Positions 48,468-57,954 of a stretch of DNA of 64,000 bases are shown piece by piece (within the stretch, counting starts at the first letter, position 1; each line of letters begins with the position of its first letter). The stretch is from an uncultured Acidobacteriota bacterium. GTDB taxonomy: Bacteria > Acidobacteriota > Terriglobia > Terriglobales > Acidobacteriaceae. The notes beneath the pieces are model-generated. The model was not told where the DNA came from. It saw only the letters and a list, made by a program, of their open reading frames with translations, and did no database searches. The stretch lies in contig CAVOVP010000014.1 of assembly GCA_963699885.1 (NCBI GenBank), positions 45,856-109,855 of the forward strand. The letters are read 5' to 3'. Both the position numbers and the translations under genes were made by a program.

Positions 48468-48998
48468 ATGATCCTGTATTTCTTGCGCCATGCCAGTGCC
48501 GGGGAACACGTTACAAATATCAAGAAGGACGAAAAGCGAGCTCTCGACAAGGAGGGCATTGAGCAGTGCGGATTCGTCGGTCGTGCTCTGACCGCGCTCA
48601 ATGCACAAGTGGACGCGATTGTGTCGAGCCCGCTGAAAAGATGCACGCAAACGGCATCCCTTGTGGGCAACGAACTCGGCTACGAGGGTAAATTACAGAT
48701 TGATCAAGCTTTGCGTCCGGGAACGGGGCTTGCCGACTTCCGCAAGCTTCTTGAAAAGTATTCGCGGCTGGAAGCGATCATGGTGGTCGGACACAATCCC
48801 AACCTGAGTCAGTTTCTGGGCGCTCTGATTAGTGACTCGGGATGTGAAGCGTCGCTCGAATTGAAAAAAGGCGCGGTCGCGAAGGTGGAAATGCGCCGAA
48901 CGTCGGGCACGTTGCAATGGTGCGTCACGCCCAAGGTTCTTCGAACCCTCTACGAGACCGCCGTCGAAAGTTCGCGGCCGAATACCTCGCGGAAGTAG
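48468..48998 (+). CDS. sixA: SixA-type histidine phosphatase
   Basis: MILYFLRHASAGE..., SSPLKRCTQTA, VVGHNPNLS. 3 nt after the ppk stop. Confidence 0.75.
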   Translation: MILYFLRHASAGEHVTNIKKDEKRALDKEGIEQCGFVGRALTALNAQVDAIVSSPLKRCTQTASLVGNELGYEGKLQIDQALRPGTGLADFRKLLEKYSRLEAIMVVGHNPNLSQFLGALISDSGCEASLELKKGAVAKVEMRRTSGTLQWCVTPKVLRTLYETAVESSRPNTSRK

Positions 48999-50479
48999 TC
49001 CGTTTCTTTTTCAATCGCCCACAACTCCAGATCCACTCCCATGCGTCGGCGCGGGACGAGCGTCAACTTGACGCCCGGGGAACGCATCGAAACGCGGAAC
49101 TTCTCAACCGCGCGGCTGCGTCCCAGGTTCAACGCGCGAGCAATCCGGAGAAGAACAATGGCTTTCTCCACAGCTGCGCGTTGGGACGGGTCGATGACTT
49201 TCATCGGACCATCTTCCGGCGTCGGCTTGGATTTTCCAAGATAGCGCGCGATCGCGGCGATTGTTCGTCGCTGCTGAGGCGTGTATCCGAGGATTTCGGA
49301 GTTGGAAATGATGTAGTTCGTGTGGCGATGGCGCCCATTGCGATTCAAGTAGTCGCCAACCTCGTAGAGCATGGCCGCTGCCGTGAGCCACTCGCGGTAT
49401 TCGGGGTCGAGGCGATGCACGGATCGCAGGTCGAGGAACAACTGTACAGCGGCGTTGCGCACGTCCAGGGCGTGCTTGCGGTCGACGTTGTAGTGTTCCA
49501 CCGCCTTCATGATCGATTCCCATCGTTCGGATTCGACCTGCTTGCCCGAGCGGGTGCTGCGGTCGTAATCGGCGGCCATCTGCGCGAGGATGCCATCGCG
49601 CAGGCCGAGCGGCGAGTAGCGGAACCCCTTGAGGTGGAGGCGATCCAGCAATTCGTGATAGACAGTTGCCCCAGCGACAACAATTTCGGCGCGACGCGGG
49701 CCAATGCCCTCGATTTTGCGGCGCTCGGCGACCGGGAGACGAGCTAAGCGCTTCGCAATTTTTGTCATCTCCGCGCGCGAAACCATATTGCGCTGCCGAT
49801 TTGCTCCCGCGCGCATGTGGCTGGCGACGGCTGCCAACGCCTCCGCGGTTCCGGAAGTCGCGATGACGCCTTTCACTTTAGAAGCGGAAATCCTGTCGAC
49901 TACGCGGTTTACTTCGCGCGTGACGAATCCGCGCAGCCTTTTCAGTTCGCCTTTGCGCGCCGGATCGTGACGCAGAAATTCATTGGTGAGGCGCACGGCG
50001 CCGAGGGGAAGGCTCACCGCATCGCGAATGTGGCCTCCTTGCGTGACAGTCAATTCGCAACTGCCGCCGCCAAGGTCCATCATCAGCGTGGGGGCCGAGT
50101 CGACTCGAGATCCGGAGATAAGCCCAAGGTGAATGAGCCGGGCTTCTTCAACGCCGGAGATGATTTCAACGCGCCATCCGGTTGCGGAGCGTACCCATTC
50201 CAGGAATGCTTGGGAATTGCGGGCGTCACGCAATGCGCTGGTCGCGGCGACGCGAACACTATCGGTGACGATTTGCTGCGTCGCGCGATGGAAACGGCGA
50301 AGCACACGGACAGTGTCGGCGATCGAGTCCGGAGTTAGAAATCCCGAGCCGAAGACGCCTTGTCCGAGACGAGTTACTTCGCGGTCTTCATGAAGGGGAC
50401 GCAGACGTCCGCCTTGGAGGCGTGCGATCTTGAGGCGGACGGAATTGGAGCCGATATCGACTGCTGCGAATGTGGGCAT
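48950..50479 (-). CDS. ppx: exopolyphosphatase / GppA family (Ppx)
   Basis: MPTFAAVDIGSNSVRLKIA..., DLGGGSCELT, C-terminal HD-like region (RHRHTNYII). ATG at 50479 preferred. The 3' end overlaps sixA convergently by about 49 nt. Confidence 0.9.
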   Translation of the reverse strand: MPTFAAVDIGSNSVRLKIARLQGGRLRPLHEDREVTRLGQGVFGSGFLTPDSIADTVRVLRRFHRATQQIVTDSVRVAATSALRDARNSQAFLEWVRSATGWRVEIISGVEEARLIHLGLISGSRVDSAPTLMMDLGGGSCELTVTQGGHIRDAVSLPLGAVRLTNEFLRHDPARKGELKRLRGFVTREVNRVVDRISASKVKGVIATSGTAEALAAVASHMRAGANRQRNMVSRAEMTKIAKRLARLPVAERRKIEGIGPRRAEIVVAGATVYHELLDRLHLKGFRYSPLGLRDGILAQMAADYDRSTRSGKQVESERWESIMKAVEHYNVDRKHALDVRNAAVQLFLDLRSVHRLDPEYREWLTAAAMLYEVGDYLNRNGRHRHTNYIISNSEILGYTPQQRRTIAAIARYLGKSKPTPEDGPMKVIDPSQRAAVEKAIVLLRIARALNLGRSRAVEKFRVSMRSPGVKLTLVPRRRMGVDLELWAIEKETDYFREVFGRELSTAVS

Positions 50480-50553
50480 CGAAGGCTCACAGTTTACATG
50501 CGGCAAGGAATCGAGTCACCGGAGTCTGGCGCAGAAGCGGTTACACGGGCCGA

Positions 50554-51453
50554 CTAGGCGGCCGCCTCGGCGCGAGGCGCGGGAACGGATTCTCGGGGCG
50601 TTACTCTGCGAGATGATTGAGTGATCAGGATCGATTTAAGCTGTGCTTCCGTCGCATTCGAGGCCGCGAGTTCCGAGAGGGCCAGGCGGAATTTACCGCG
50701 CGTGACGTTGTTTAATGCCGCAACAAGAGGAGACTGATTGATCTCGCCAAGGTGCTGAGTCGCCGTCTGAGTAAGGATTGACCAGTCATGCCAATGCCCC
50801 AGGGCGTCCTGCAGACGGCGGAGTTGAGCGATAAACTGAGTGGATTCGGCGGACTTCGGCGCGAATTCCGCTGCATAGCGGGCTCGCTTCACGGCTAACC
50901 GATATTTCTGAAGATGGTCCTCGCCGATCTGGCCGCTCGGGAGTTGCACAGATTGCAGGATGTGACGAGCCACTGTCAGCGGCTCGCTTTTCGGTTCGAA
51001 GTCGGCGTCTCGAACGGCGCGACGAAGCCGTTTTGCAATATCGCGAATCTCTCGCTTCTTCAGTAATTTGCCGAGCTTGCTCTCGTGTTTTTCCCGAAGT
51101 TCCAGAAGGTGTTGGGTCAAATCGGTTTTGCGGCGAGGCTCAAGCGAAACTTTAAGGCTTCGTAAAGCAGAAAGTTGAGCGTCCATATCCCGAACCCGTC
51201 CAGCTTTACGCCGGATCCTCGCCAACGCTTTCAAGAGCTTTTTCTGGTTGCGGCGGTCAACGGAGATCAACTGTTCGAGCAAAACTTGTAGACGGCGGCT
51301 GCTCGTGCGGAAACTATGCACGATGTCAGGAGTATGTTCCGACGCGAGGCGAAGGAGATCTCGTTCCGTCTTCCGAAAGATGAGTTTACCGCGCTCGGAC
51401 GAGATGGCCATAAAAGCTGGTGAAAGCCGATCCCTAACGGGAAGGCGATTCAA
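50554..51453 (-). CDS. CHAD-domain protein
   Basis: Helical, Arg-rich repeats VHSFRTSSRRLQVLLEQL, RKAGRVRDMDAQL, YRLAVKRARYAAEF, LQDALGHWHDW. Start at TTG 51453 or ATG 51411. Confidence 0.7.
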   Translation of the reverse strand: MNRLPVRDRLSPAFMAISSERGKLIFRKTERDLLRLASEHTPDIVHSFRTSSRRLQVLLEQLISVDRRNQKKLLKALARIRRKAGRVRDMDAQLSALRSLKVSLEPRRKTDLTQHLLELREKHESKLGKLLKKREIRDIAKRLRRAVRDADFEPKSEPLTVARHILQSVQLPSGQIGEDHLQKYRLAVKRARYAAEFAPKSAESTQFIAQLRRLQDALGHWHDWSILTQTATQHLGEINQSPLVAALNNVTRGKFRLALSELAASNATEAQLKSILITQSSRRVTPRESVPAPRAEAAA

Positions 51454-51556
51454 ACATTCAATTCCAGAGGCTCAAAATTGAGTCCTACCAGGGATACCGC
51501 TTAACTCCAACGTCAATTGGTGAGGGGACCCAGCACAGCAGAAAAACCTAAGCTAT

Positions 51557-51585
51557 TTTAACACCGTTGTAACAAGTCTTTGCTA
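51557..51585. promoter_or_regulatory. candidate Pho box: TTTAACA ccgt TGTAACA agtc TTTGCTA (11-bp periodicity) in the CHAD / pstC divergent region
   Basis: Seen in sequence. It shares the TTAACA/GTAACA cores with the pstS array. Confidence 0.35.
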
Positions 51586-51596
51586 CGGTTGAGGCG

Positions 51597-52631
51597 ATGG
51601 CCAACCCTGCTTTCCGGCGGCCTGATATGCCCGGTCCGCAACCCGTTGAAGCTACGAGAGTTACATCGGTGACCGACAATCGGACAGCCCCCCTGCTGAA
51701 GGCCTCGGGAGGCGAAATCCCCGATCGCATTTTTAAGTCTGCTATGACGGCATGTGGTTTGGCGATCTTGGGGGTTCTCGGCCTCATCGTCTATGAATTG
51801 GTGCAGGGATCGGCGCTGTCCTGGCACGCATTTGGCCTGAAGTTCTTCGGTGGAAGCGATTGGGATCCCGTCAACGAGCTTTTCGGAGCTCTACCGTTCA
51901 TCTACGGAACGGTCGTGTCCTCCATTCTGGCGTTGATCATCGCCGTGCCGTTGTCGATTGGCGTCGCCGTCTTCACCACCGAAATGTGCCCGAAGGCACT
52001 ACGCGGACCACTGTCGTTTTTTGTCGAACTGCTGGCGGCGATTCCCAGCGTGATTTACGGGCTGTGGGCGATCTTCGTGATGGTCCCAATCCTCAGCCAG
52101 TACGTGCAGCCTCCCTTGCAGAAAACGCTCGGTTGGACAGGACTATTCACTGGGCCCGTTTTCGGTTACTCGATGTTGGCCGCGGGAGTGATTCTGGCCA
52201 TCATGATCATCCCGATCATCTCGTCGATCACCAGAGAGGTCCTGGTGGTGGTGCCGCAGCATCAGCGCGAAGCAGTGCTCGCCTTGGGGGCCACGCGGTG
52301 GGAGATGATTCGGATTGGAGTCCTCCGCAACGCGCGAGCTGGAATCGTGGGCGGCATTATTCTCGGCCTGGGACGGGCGCTCGGAGAGACGATGGCCGTC
52401 ACCATGGTGATAGGCAACCGGCCGGAAATCGCGAAGTCTTTGTTCGCCCCCGGATACACCATGGCGAGCGTCCTCGCCAACGAATTTAGTGAGGCGACTG
52501 GCGATACTTATCTTGCAGCGCTGGTTGAAATCGGTTTGGCGCTATTCTTCGTCACGATCATCGTGAATGCACTTGCGCGGTTGCTGGTCTGGACCGCTAC
52601 CCGTGGCCAGCCTGCGAGGGGAAATGTCTGA
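51597..52631 (+). CDS. pstC: phosphate ABC transporter permease PstC
   Basis: Six TM segments and the EAA-type loop ...ALGATRWEMI.... The start may instead be the ATG at 51627 (see findings). Confidence 0.9.
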   Translation: MANPAFRRPDMPGPQPVEATRVTSVTDNRTAPLLKASGGEIPDRIFKSAMTACGLAILGVLGLIVYELVQGSALSWHAFGLKFFGGSDWDPVNELFGALPFIYGTVVSSILALIIAVPLSIGVAVFTTEMCPKALRGPLSFFVELLAAIPSVIYGLWAIFVMVPILSQYVQPPLQKTLGWTGLFTGPVFGYSMLAAGVILAIMIIPIISSITREVLVVVPQHQREAVLALGATRWEMIRIGVLRNARAGIVGGIILGLGRALGETMAVTMVIGNRPEIAKSLFAPGYTMASVLANEFSEATGDTYLAALVEIGLALFFVTIIVNALARLLVWTATRGQPARGNV

Positions 52632-53499
52632 GGCCGCCATGGTACTGCAGCCAGTGTCGCGGATCAGTTTTCGCCGCCGCGCAACCGATCACATCATGAC
52701 CGGAATGGCCGTTCTGACGGTCATCCTGGTGCTCGCCCCGTTGATCGCGATCTTTGGATACCTCCTGTACCGCGGGATTGGATCCGTGAACTGGGCATTT
52801 CTCACGCAGACTCCAAAACCCGTTGGAGAACCCGGCGGCGGCATGGCCAACGCCATCGTCGGGTCGGTTTTCATCCTAGGCATCGCCAGCGTGATCGGAG
52901 TGCCATTCGGCATCGGCGCCGGGATTTATCTGGCTGAGTTTGGCAGGAATCGTTTCGGATACATGATCCGATTTACAGCGGACGTTTTGAATGGGGTGCC
53001 GTCGATCGTAATCGGAATCGTCGCCTGGGCTCTTCTAGTTCGCGGGCACGGATTCTCGGCCGCTGCGGGCGGCGTGGCATTGGCGATCATGATGGTGCCA
53101 ACCATCAGCCGCGCCACTGAGGAGATGCTTCTGCTGGTGCCGCAAGCCTTGCGAGAGGCCGCGTACGGCCTAGGGATTCCTCGATGGCGAACGACCTTGT
53201 CGATCACGCTACGAACCGCTACATCGGGAATCATCACGGGCATCATGCTTGCGTTTGCCCGAGTGGCCGGCGAAACGGCTCCGTTGCTCTTCACTGCATT
53301 CGGCAACCAGTTCTGGAGCATGCACATTAATGAGCCCGTCGCGGCTCTGCCGCTGCAGATCTATGTGTATGCGAATTCGCCCTACGACGACTGGCACCGG
53401 CAGGCTTGGGCAGGCTCTCTGGTCTTGATCATTCTCATCGTGGGCGCGGTTGCGGCTGTGCGCTATGCGGTTCGCCGCGGATCGTTTGGGACGGCATAA
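52624..53499 (+). CDS. pstA: phosphate ABC transporter permease PstA
   Basis: The ATG at 52624 overlaps the pstC stop. ...GGMANAIVGS..., EAAYGLGIPRWRT. Confidence 0.9.
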   Translation: MSEAAMVLQPVSRISFRRRATDHIMTGMAVLTVILVLAPLIAIFGYLLYRGIGSVNWAFLTQTPKPVGEPGGGMANAIVGSVFILGIASVIGVPFGIGAGIYLAEFGRNRFGYMIRFTADVLNGVPSIVIGIVAWALLVRGHGFSAAAGGVALAIMMVPTISRATEEMLLLVPQALREAAYGLGIPRWRTTLSITLRTATSGIITGIMLAFARVAGETAPLLFTAFGNQFWSMHINEPVAALPLQIYVYANSPYDDWHRQAWAGSLVLIILIVGAVAAVRYAVRRGSFGTA

Positions 53500-53502
53500 C
53501 TT

Positions 53503-54261
53503 ATGGGCGTGGGAATTCAGGTCGAGAAGCTCAATGCCTGGTACGGCAAGGGGCAGGCATTGTTCGACATCAATCTGAAGGTGGCGGCGAATCATGCCAC
53601 GGCGCTGATTGGTCCGTCAGGCTGCGGAAAATCGACGTTCATACGGTGCATCAATCGAATGCACGAGACCATCCCTGAGGCCCGCGTCGAAGGCCGGATC
53701 CGCATCGGAGAGATTGACGCCTACGACGGGACATCAGCCACACAACTCCGTCGTCGCGTTGGGATGGTGTTTCAGAAGCCGAATCCGTTCCCGACCATGT
53801 CGATTTATGACAATGTGGCGTCGGGACTCAAGCTAAACGGATTTCGCGATCGCCGCAAACTGGACGAGATTGTTCAGCGGTCCCTGGAGGTTTCGGCGCT
53901 GTGGGACGAAGCCAAGGATCATTTGCATAAGAAATCTGGCGCGAGTCTTTCAGGCGGGCAGCAGCAGCGTCTTTGCATTGCCCGAGCCCTGGCGGTCGAG
54001 CCGGAAGTTCTGTTGATGGACGAGCCCTGCTCGGCGCTCGATCCGATCTCGACTGGCAAGATTGAAGAATTGATCTTCCAGTTGAAGGAGCGGTATACCA
54101 TCGTAATTGTGACGCACAACATGCAGCAGGCAGCGCGCGTCGCGGAGTTCACAGGTTTCTTCCTGCTGGGCAAGATGATCGAGTTCGACAAGACGGAAAA
54201 AATATTCACCAAGCCGTCCGACAAAAAGACGGAAGATTACATCACCGGAAGATTCGGATAA
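53503..54261 (+). CDS. pstB: phosphate ABC transporter ATPase PstB
   Basis: [47 protein letters not shown]. Confidence 0.95.
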   Translation: MGVGIQVEKLNAWYGKGQALFDINLKVAANHATALIGPSGCGKSTFIRCINRMHETIPEARVEGRIRIGEIDAYDGTSATQLRRRVGMVFQKPNPFPTMSIYDNVASGLKLNGFRDRRKLDEIVQRSLEVSALWDEAKDHLHKKSGASLSGGQQQRLCIARALAVEPEVLLMDEPCSALDPISTGKIEELIFQLKERYTIVIVTHNMQQAARVAEFTGFFLLGKMIEFDKTEKIFTKPSDKKTEDYITGRFG

Positions 54262-54286
54262 GGCAGATTAAGGACGGTTTGGATCA

Positions 54287-54979
54287 ATGCGCACGCGCTT
54301 TCAACAAGGGCTCGACGATCTACGGCAACGGTTGCTTCGCATGGGTGGACTGGCGGAGCAGGCGGTGGATCGCGCCCGCCAGGCTTTTGTAGAGCGCGAC
54401 CTTACGCGTTGCCAGATGGTGTTGGAAGGCGAAAACCTCATCAACACAGCAGAGCGCGAAATCGACGAGGCCGCGTTCGATATGCTCGCCATGCAGCAGC
54501 CCATGGCGGTCGATCTGCGCTTCATTCTCGCGGTGACCAAGATTAATTCCGACCTCGAGCGGGTAGGCGATCAGGCCGTGAACATCGCGGAGCGGGTCAT
54601 GGATATGGTAGAACTCCCGGCCGCCGACCTTCCCGTGGATATTGGACGCATGGGGACCGCTGTCAGTGCGATGGTGCGTCGCGCACTGGAGTCCTTCATT
54701 GAAGGAAAGGTCGAACTGGCACGGGCTGTTCTCGAGATGGACAACGTCATCGATCGAATGCGCGATGACGCTTTCATTCAGCTGGTGAAGACAATGAACG
54801 ACCGCCCGGAAATCGTGCGGCAAGCGCTCGATGCGCTGCTCGTTGCGCGTAACTTAGAGCGGGTGGCCGACCACGCCACGAACATCGCCGAAGATGTGAT
54901 TTTCTGGGTGCAGGGATCGGATGTACGCCACAATGTCCACGCAGAAGACAGCCCCGCGGTTGTACCTAACACGGAGTAA
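54287..54979 (+). CDS. phoU: phosphate signalling regulator PhoU
   Basis: Two PhoU repeats (INSDLERVGDQAVNIAE and ARNLERVADHATNIAEDVIF). Confidence 0.9.
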   Translation: MRTRFQQGLDDLRQRLLRMGGLAEQAVDRARQAFVERDLTRCQMVLEGENLINTAEREIDEAAFDMLAMQQPMAVDLRFILAVTKINSDLERVGDQAVNIAERVMDMVELPAADLPVDIGRMGTAVSAMVRRALESFIEGKVELARAVLEMDNVIDRMRDDAFIQLVKTMNDRPEIVRQALDALLVARNLERVADHATNIAEDVIFWVQGSDVRHNVHAEDSPAVVPNTE

Positions 54980-55026
54980 ATACCCTCGCCAGAACGTCGC
55001 CTTTGGCGCAATGTCGATCCCGCTAC

Positions 55027-55055
55027 TTTGACCATTCCTGTCCGATTGCTTTACG
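55027..55055 (+). promoter_or_regulatory. candidate Pho box: TTTGACC attc CTGTCCG attg CTTTACG (11-bp periodicity)
   Basis: Seen in sequence about 55-85 bp upstream of the probable GTG start at 55111. A weaker match to the core than the pstS array. Confidence 0.3.
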
Positions 55056-55110
55056 CTTCTCGTCTCTTCCAAAGCGCAGTTCATCTAAAGCATCGATTTG
55101 CGGAGGCGCC

Positions 55111-57948
55111 GTGATTCGCTCTTTCCTCGATCCCGATTTCTGGTTGTTTCATACGCAGCGCGGAATTTGCTTATTCTTGTTGGGAGTTTCGACTTTCGGC
55201 TCTGCCCAAAGTCCCACCGGTGACCAATCGCAGGTGAATTTGCCTACGACCAAGTTACTCACTCTGCCGTCCCCGGGACGAATTGGCAGCACGAACAGTT
55301 TTCCCGCGACGATGGTGATGAGCCCCGATGGACGTTACGCCGCCCTGCTGAACGACGGCTATGGCACACAGGAAACGCTCGCGCATCAATCCATCTCGAT
55401 TCTGAATCTGAAAACGAATCAGATTGCGGAGTTCCCGGATGCGCGGCTGAGCGATGAATCGCACCAGAGCTACTTCGTGGGGATAGCATTCAGTGCGGAT
55501 GGAAAACACCTGTATGCATCTGTTGGGTCGCTCTCTGACCCGACTGGAGCGAAAGCCGGCAACACAGGCAACGGCATCGCCGTTTACACCCTTATCGCTG
55601 GAAAGGTGGCGCCTGAGAGATTCATTCCAATTCCGTTGCAGCCGCTTACAACAAGGAAAAAATTGGCAGTGGGTTTGAAAGCTCCGTCGCGAATGGCGAT
55701 TCCTTATCCCGCCGGAATGGTGGTGATCTCCGATCGCGGGCACGACAAGCTTCTGATCGCGAACAATCTTTCGGACAACGTTGTGCTGCTCGATCCCGTG
55801 AGTAAGAAGATTCTGCAGACCTTCGATCTCAGCACTAGCGACCTGGTCCCGTCATCCTTTCCATACACAGTTGTTGCCGCACGGGACGGACGTCGCGCCT
55901 GGTGCAGCTTATGGAACGCATCGCAAGTAGCGGAACTTGATCTCACCGGTGGAAAAGTCGTTCGGCGAATCAAGCTGAAGGAGCCAGCAGACCCGTTAGC
56001 GCCCGGATCGCATCCGACATCGATGCTCTTGAGCGCCGATGAGAAGACTCTCTATGTAGCCTTGTCGAACATCGATCAAGTTGCGGCGGTTTCGACCGCG
56101 GCTGGAAATGTTTCGCGTTACTTCTCGACCAGTGCTCCTGCTCAGAAATATGCCGGGAGCTATCCTGAGGCGCTTGAGCAATCGGCAGACGGCAAATACC
56201 TCTTTGCGGCGGATTCTTCCCTCGACGCGGTTGCGGTTTTCGACGTCTCGGCTAGCGGAACACCAGATGAAACGCCGCAAGCAGCGATTGGTTTCATACC
56301 CACAGATTGGTATCCGAGCGCGCTGGCCGTTCATGGCGACGATCTCCTTATCGCCACAGCCAAAGGCGAAGGTACACGCGCGAACAAAGACATGGGCAAG
56401 ACCGTGTACGAGACGAAACATAAAGACCATCCCTACATTCCGACGCTGCTAAAAGGCTCGATCGCGCGGCTCAATATTCCCGCGACTCTGAAGAAGTTGC
56501 CGGAATTCACGCAGATCGCGGAAAGGGACAACCTGTTCCACAGCGATCCGGGGTCGTTCACCTTCGCCGGCAGCAAGAATCCCATCAAGCACATCATTTA
56601 TGTCATCAAGGAAAATCGCACTTACGATCAGATCCTCGGCGATCTGAAAGTTGGAAACGGAGATCCTTCGCTCACGCTGTACGGGGAAGACGTCACTCCC
56701 AACGAACACAAACTTGCGCTGCAGTTTGGCGTGCTCGACAACTTTTATGACAGTGGCGAGGTTTCCGGCGATGGACACCTGTGGTCAACGGCTGCGATCA
56801 CGAGCGACTACAACGAAAAGACGTGGCAGATCGCTTATCGCGGCAAGGAGCGCACCTACGACTACCAAGGCCAGGTGGCCGATGAATATCCACTGGAGCA
56901 CAAGCAACCCGACATCGACGACCCTTCGACCGGATTTCTTTGGGACAACCTGGCGCGGAATCATGTGAGCTTCCGGGATTACGGCGAGTTCGTAAGCGCG
57001 GAATGGTGCAACGAGAAGGTCAAGGCAGCCACTCCGAAACAGGGGACGCCTTCAGGCCAGGAAGCGGCATGCCCGCGGGCCGAGGTCGGACAGGGAGGCA
57101 CGCTTCCACCGAATATCGGTGATCCGCACGGGACGATGAGTCCCTGGCCTTGGCCGGTGCCACTCTTCAGTGGAGTGAAACCGAGCAAGGCACTCTTGCG
57201 GGATCACTTCGACCCGCTGTTTCCGGATTTCAATACGGACTATCCCGACCAGCTTCGGGCTGACGAGTTCCTCAACGAATTTGGCGCGTACGTTCACGCA
57301 AGAGACGCACACGAAGGCCCGCAGTTCGAAATGCCTTCGTTTGTGCTGCTGTATTTGCCGGACGATCACACGGGAGGAACCCGGCCAAAGTATCCGCGGC
57401 CGGCGGCGTCGGTGGCTGACAACGATCTGGCATTAGGCCGAGTTGTCGATGCTGTGTCGCACAGCGCCTATTGGGATGACACCGCGATTTTTGTTCTGGA
57501 GGACGATGCGCAAGACGGCGCAGATCATGTCGATGCGCACCGATCGATCGCATTCGTGATCAGCAAATATGCTCCGGGTTCGGCGGAGAGGCCGAATGTG
57601 GAGCATCGCTTCTACACCACCGTGAACGTCATTCACACAATGGAGATGCTGCTCGACCTTCCGCCGATGAACCAGAACGACGCGTACGCGCCCATCATGA
57701 GTGGATTGTTTTCGGGGGCAGGAGATCAAGCGCCATACAAAGTGGATGACCGCAATCTCAAGAACGGGCTGATCTACGAAGTGAATAAGCGCGACGCACC
57801 CGGCGCGAAGATTTCGTCGAAAATGAATTTTTCGCGACCCGACGCGGCAGGCGCCACAAAACTCAATCGCGTTCTGTGGCAGGATCAACGGGGTACAGAA
57901 CCCATGCCAGCGCCGAGACACACCGTATTTCCAGCCGGCGACGACTAA
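55111..57948 (+). CDS. secreted beta-propeller (YncE/lactonase-like) fused to a phosphoesterase-family (PlcN/AcpA-like) domain
   Basis: The N-terminal half has repeated propeller blades (SPDGRY, SADGKHLY, RDGRRAW, SADEKTLY, SADGKYLF). The C-terminal half has IKHIIYVIKENRTYDQILGDL..., LLYLPDDHTGG, FVLEDDAQDGADHVDAHRS. The start is uncertain (the ORF opens at 55003). Confidence 0.75.
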   Translation: MIRSFLDPDFWLFHTQRGICLFLLGVSTFGSAQSPTGDQSQVNLPTTKLLTLPSPGRIGSTNSFPATMVMSPDGRYAALLNDGYGTQETLAHQSISILNLKTNQIAEFPDARLSDESHQSYFVGIAFSADGKHLYASVGSLSDPTGAKAGNTGNGIAVYTLIAGKVAPERFIPIPLQPLTTRKKLAVGLKAPSRMAIPYPAGMVVISDRGHDKLLIANNLSDNVVLLDPVSKKILQTFDLSTSDLVPSSFPYTVVAARDGRRAWCSLWNASQVAELDLTGGKVVRRIKLKEPADPLAPGSHPTSMLLSADEKTLYVALSNIDQVAAVSTAAGNVSRYFSTSAPAQKYAGSYPEALEQSADGKYLFAADSSLDAVAVFDVSASGTPDETPQAAIGFIPTDWYPSALAVHGDDLLIATAKGEGTRANKDMGKTVYETKHKDHPYIPTLLKGSIARLNIPATLKKLPEFTQIAERDNLFHSDPGSFTFAGSKNPIKHIIYVIKENRTYDQILGDLKVGNGDPSLTLYGEDVTPNEHKLALQFGVLDNFYDSGEVSGDGHLWSTAAITSDYNEKTWQIAYRGKERTYDYQGQVADEYPLEHKQPDIDDPSTGFLWDNLARNHVSFRDYGEFVSAEWCNEKVKAATPKQGTPSGQEAACPRAEVGQGGTLPPNIGDPHGTMSPWPWPVPLFSGVKPSKALLRDHFDPLFPDFNTDYPDQLRADEFLNEFGAYVHARDAHEGPQFEMPSFVLLYLPDDHTGGTRPKYPRPAASVADNDLALGRVVDAVSHSAYWDDTAIFVLEDDAQDGADHVDAHRSIAFVISKYAPGSAERPNVEHRFYTTVNVIHTMEMLLDLPPMNQNDAYAPIMSGLFSGAGDQAPYKVDDRNLKNGLIYEVNKRDAPGAKISSKMNFSRPDAAGATKLNRVLWQDQRGTEPMPAPRHTVFPAGDD

Positions 57949-57954
57949 TTGTTT

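Noticed and set aside
47598-48650. 350-aa minus-strand ORF inside ppk1/sixA
   Set aside because: It is antisense to ppk1 with no recognisable motifs, so it is a shadow ORF.
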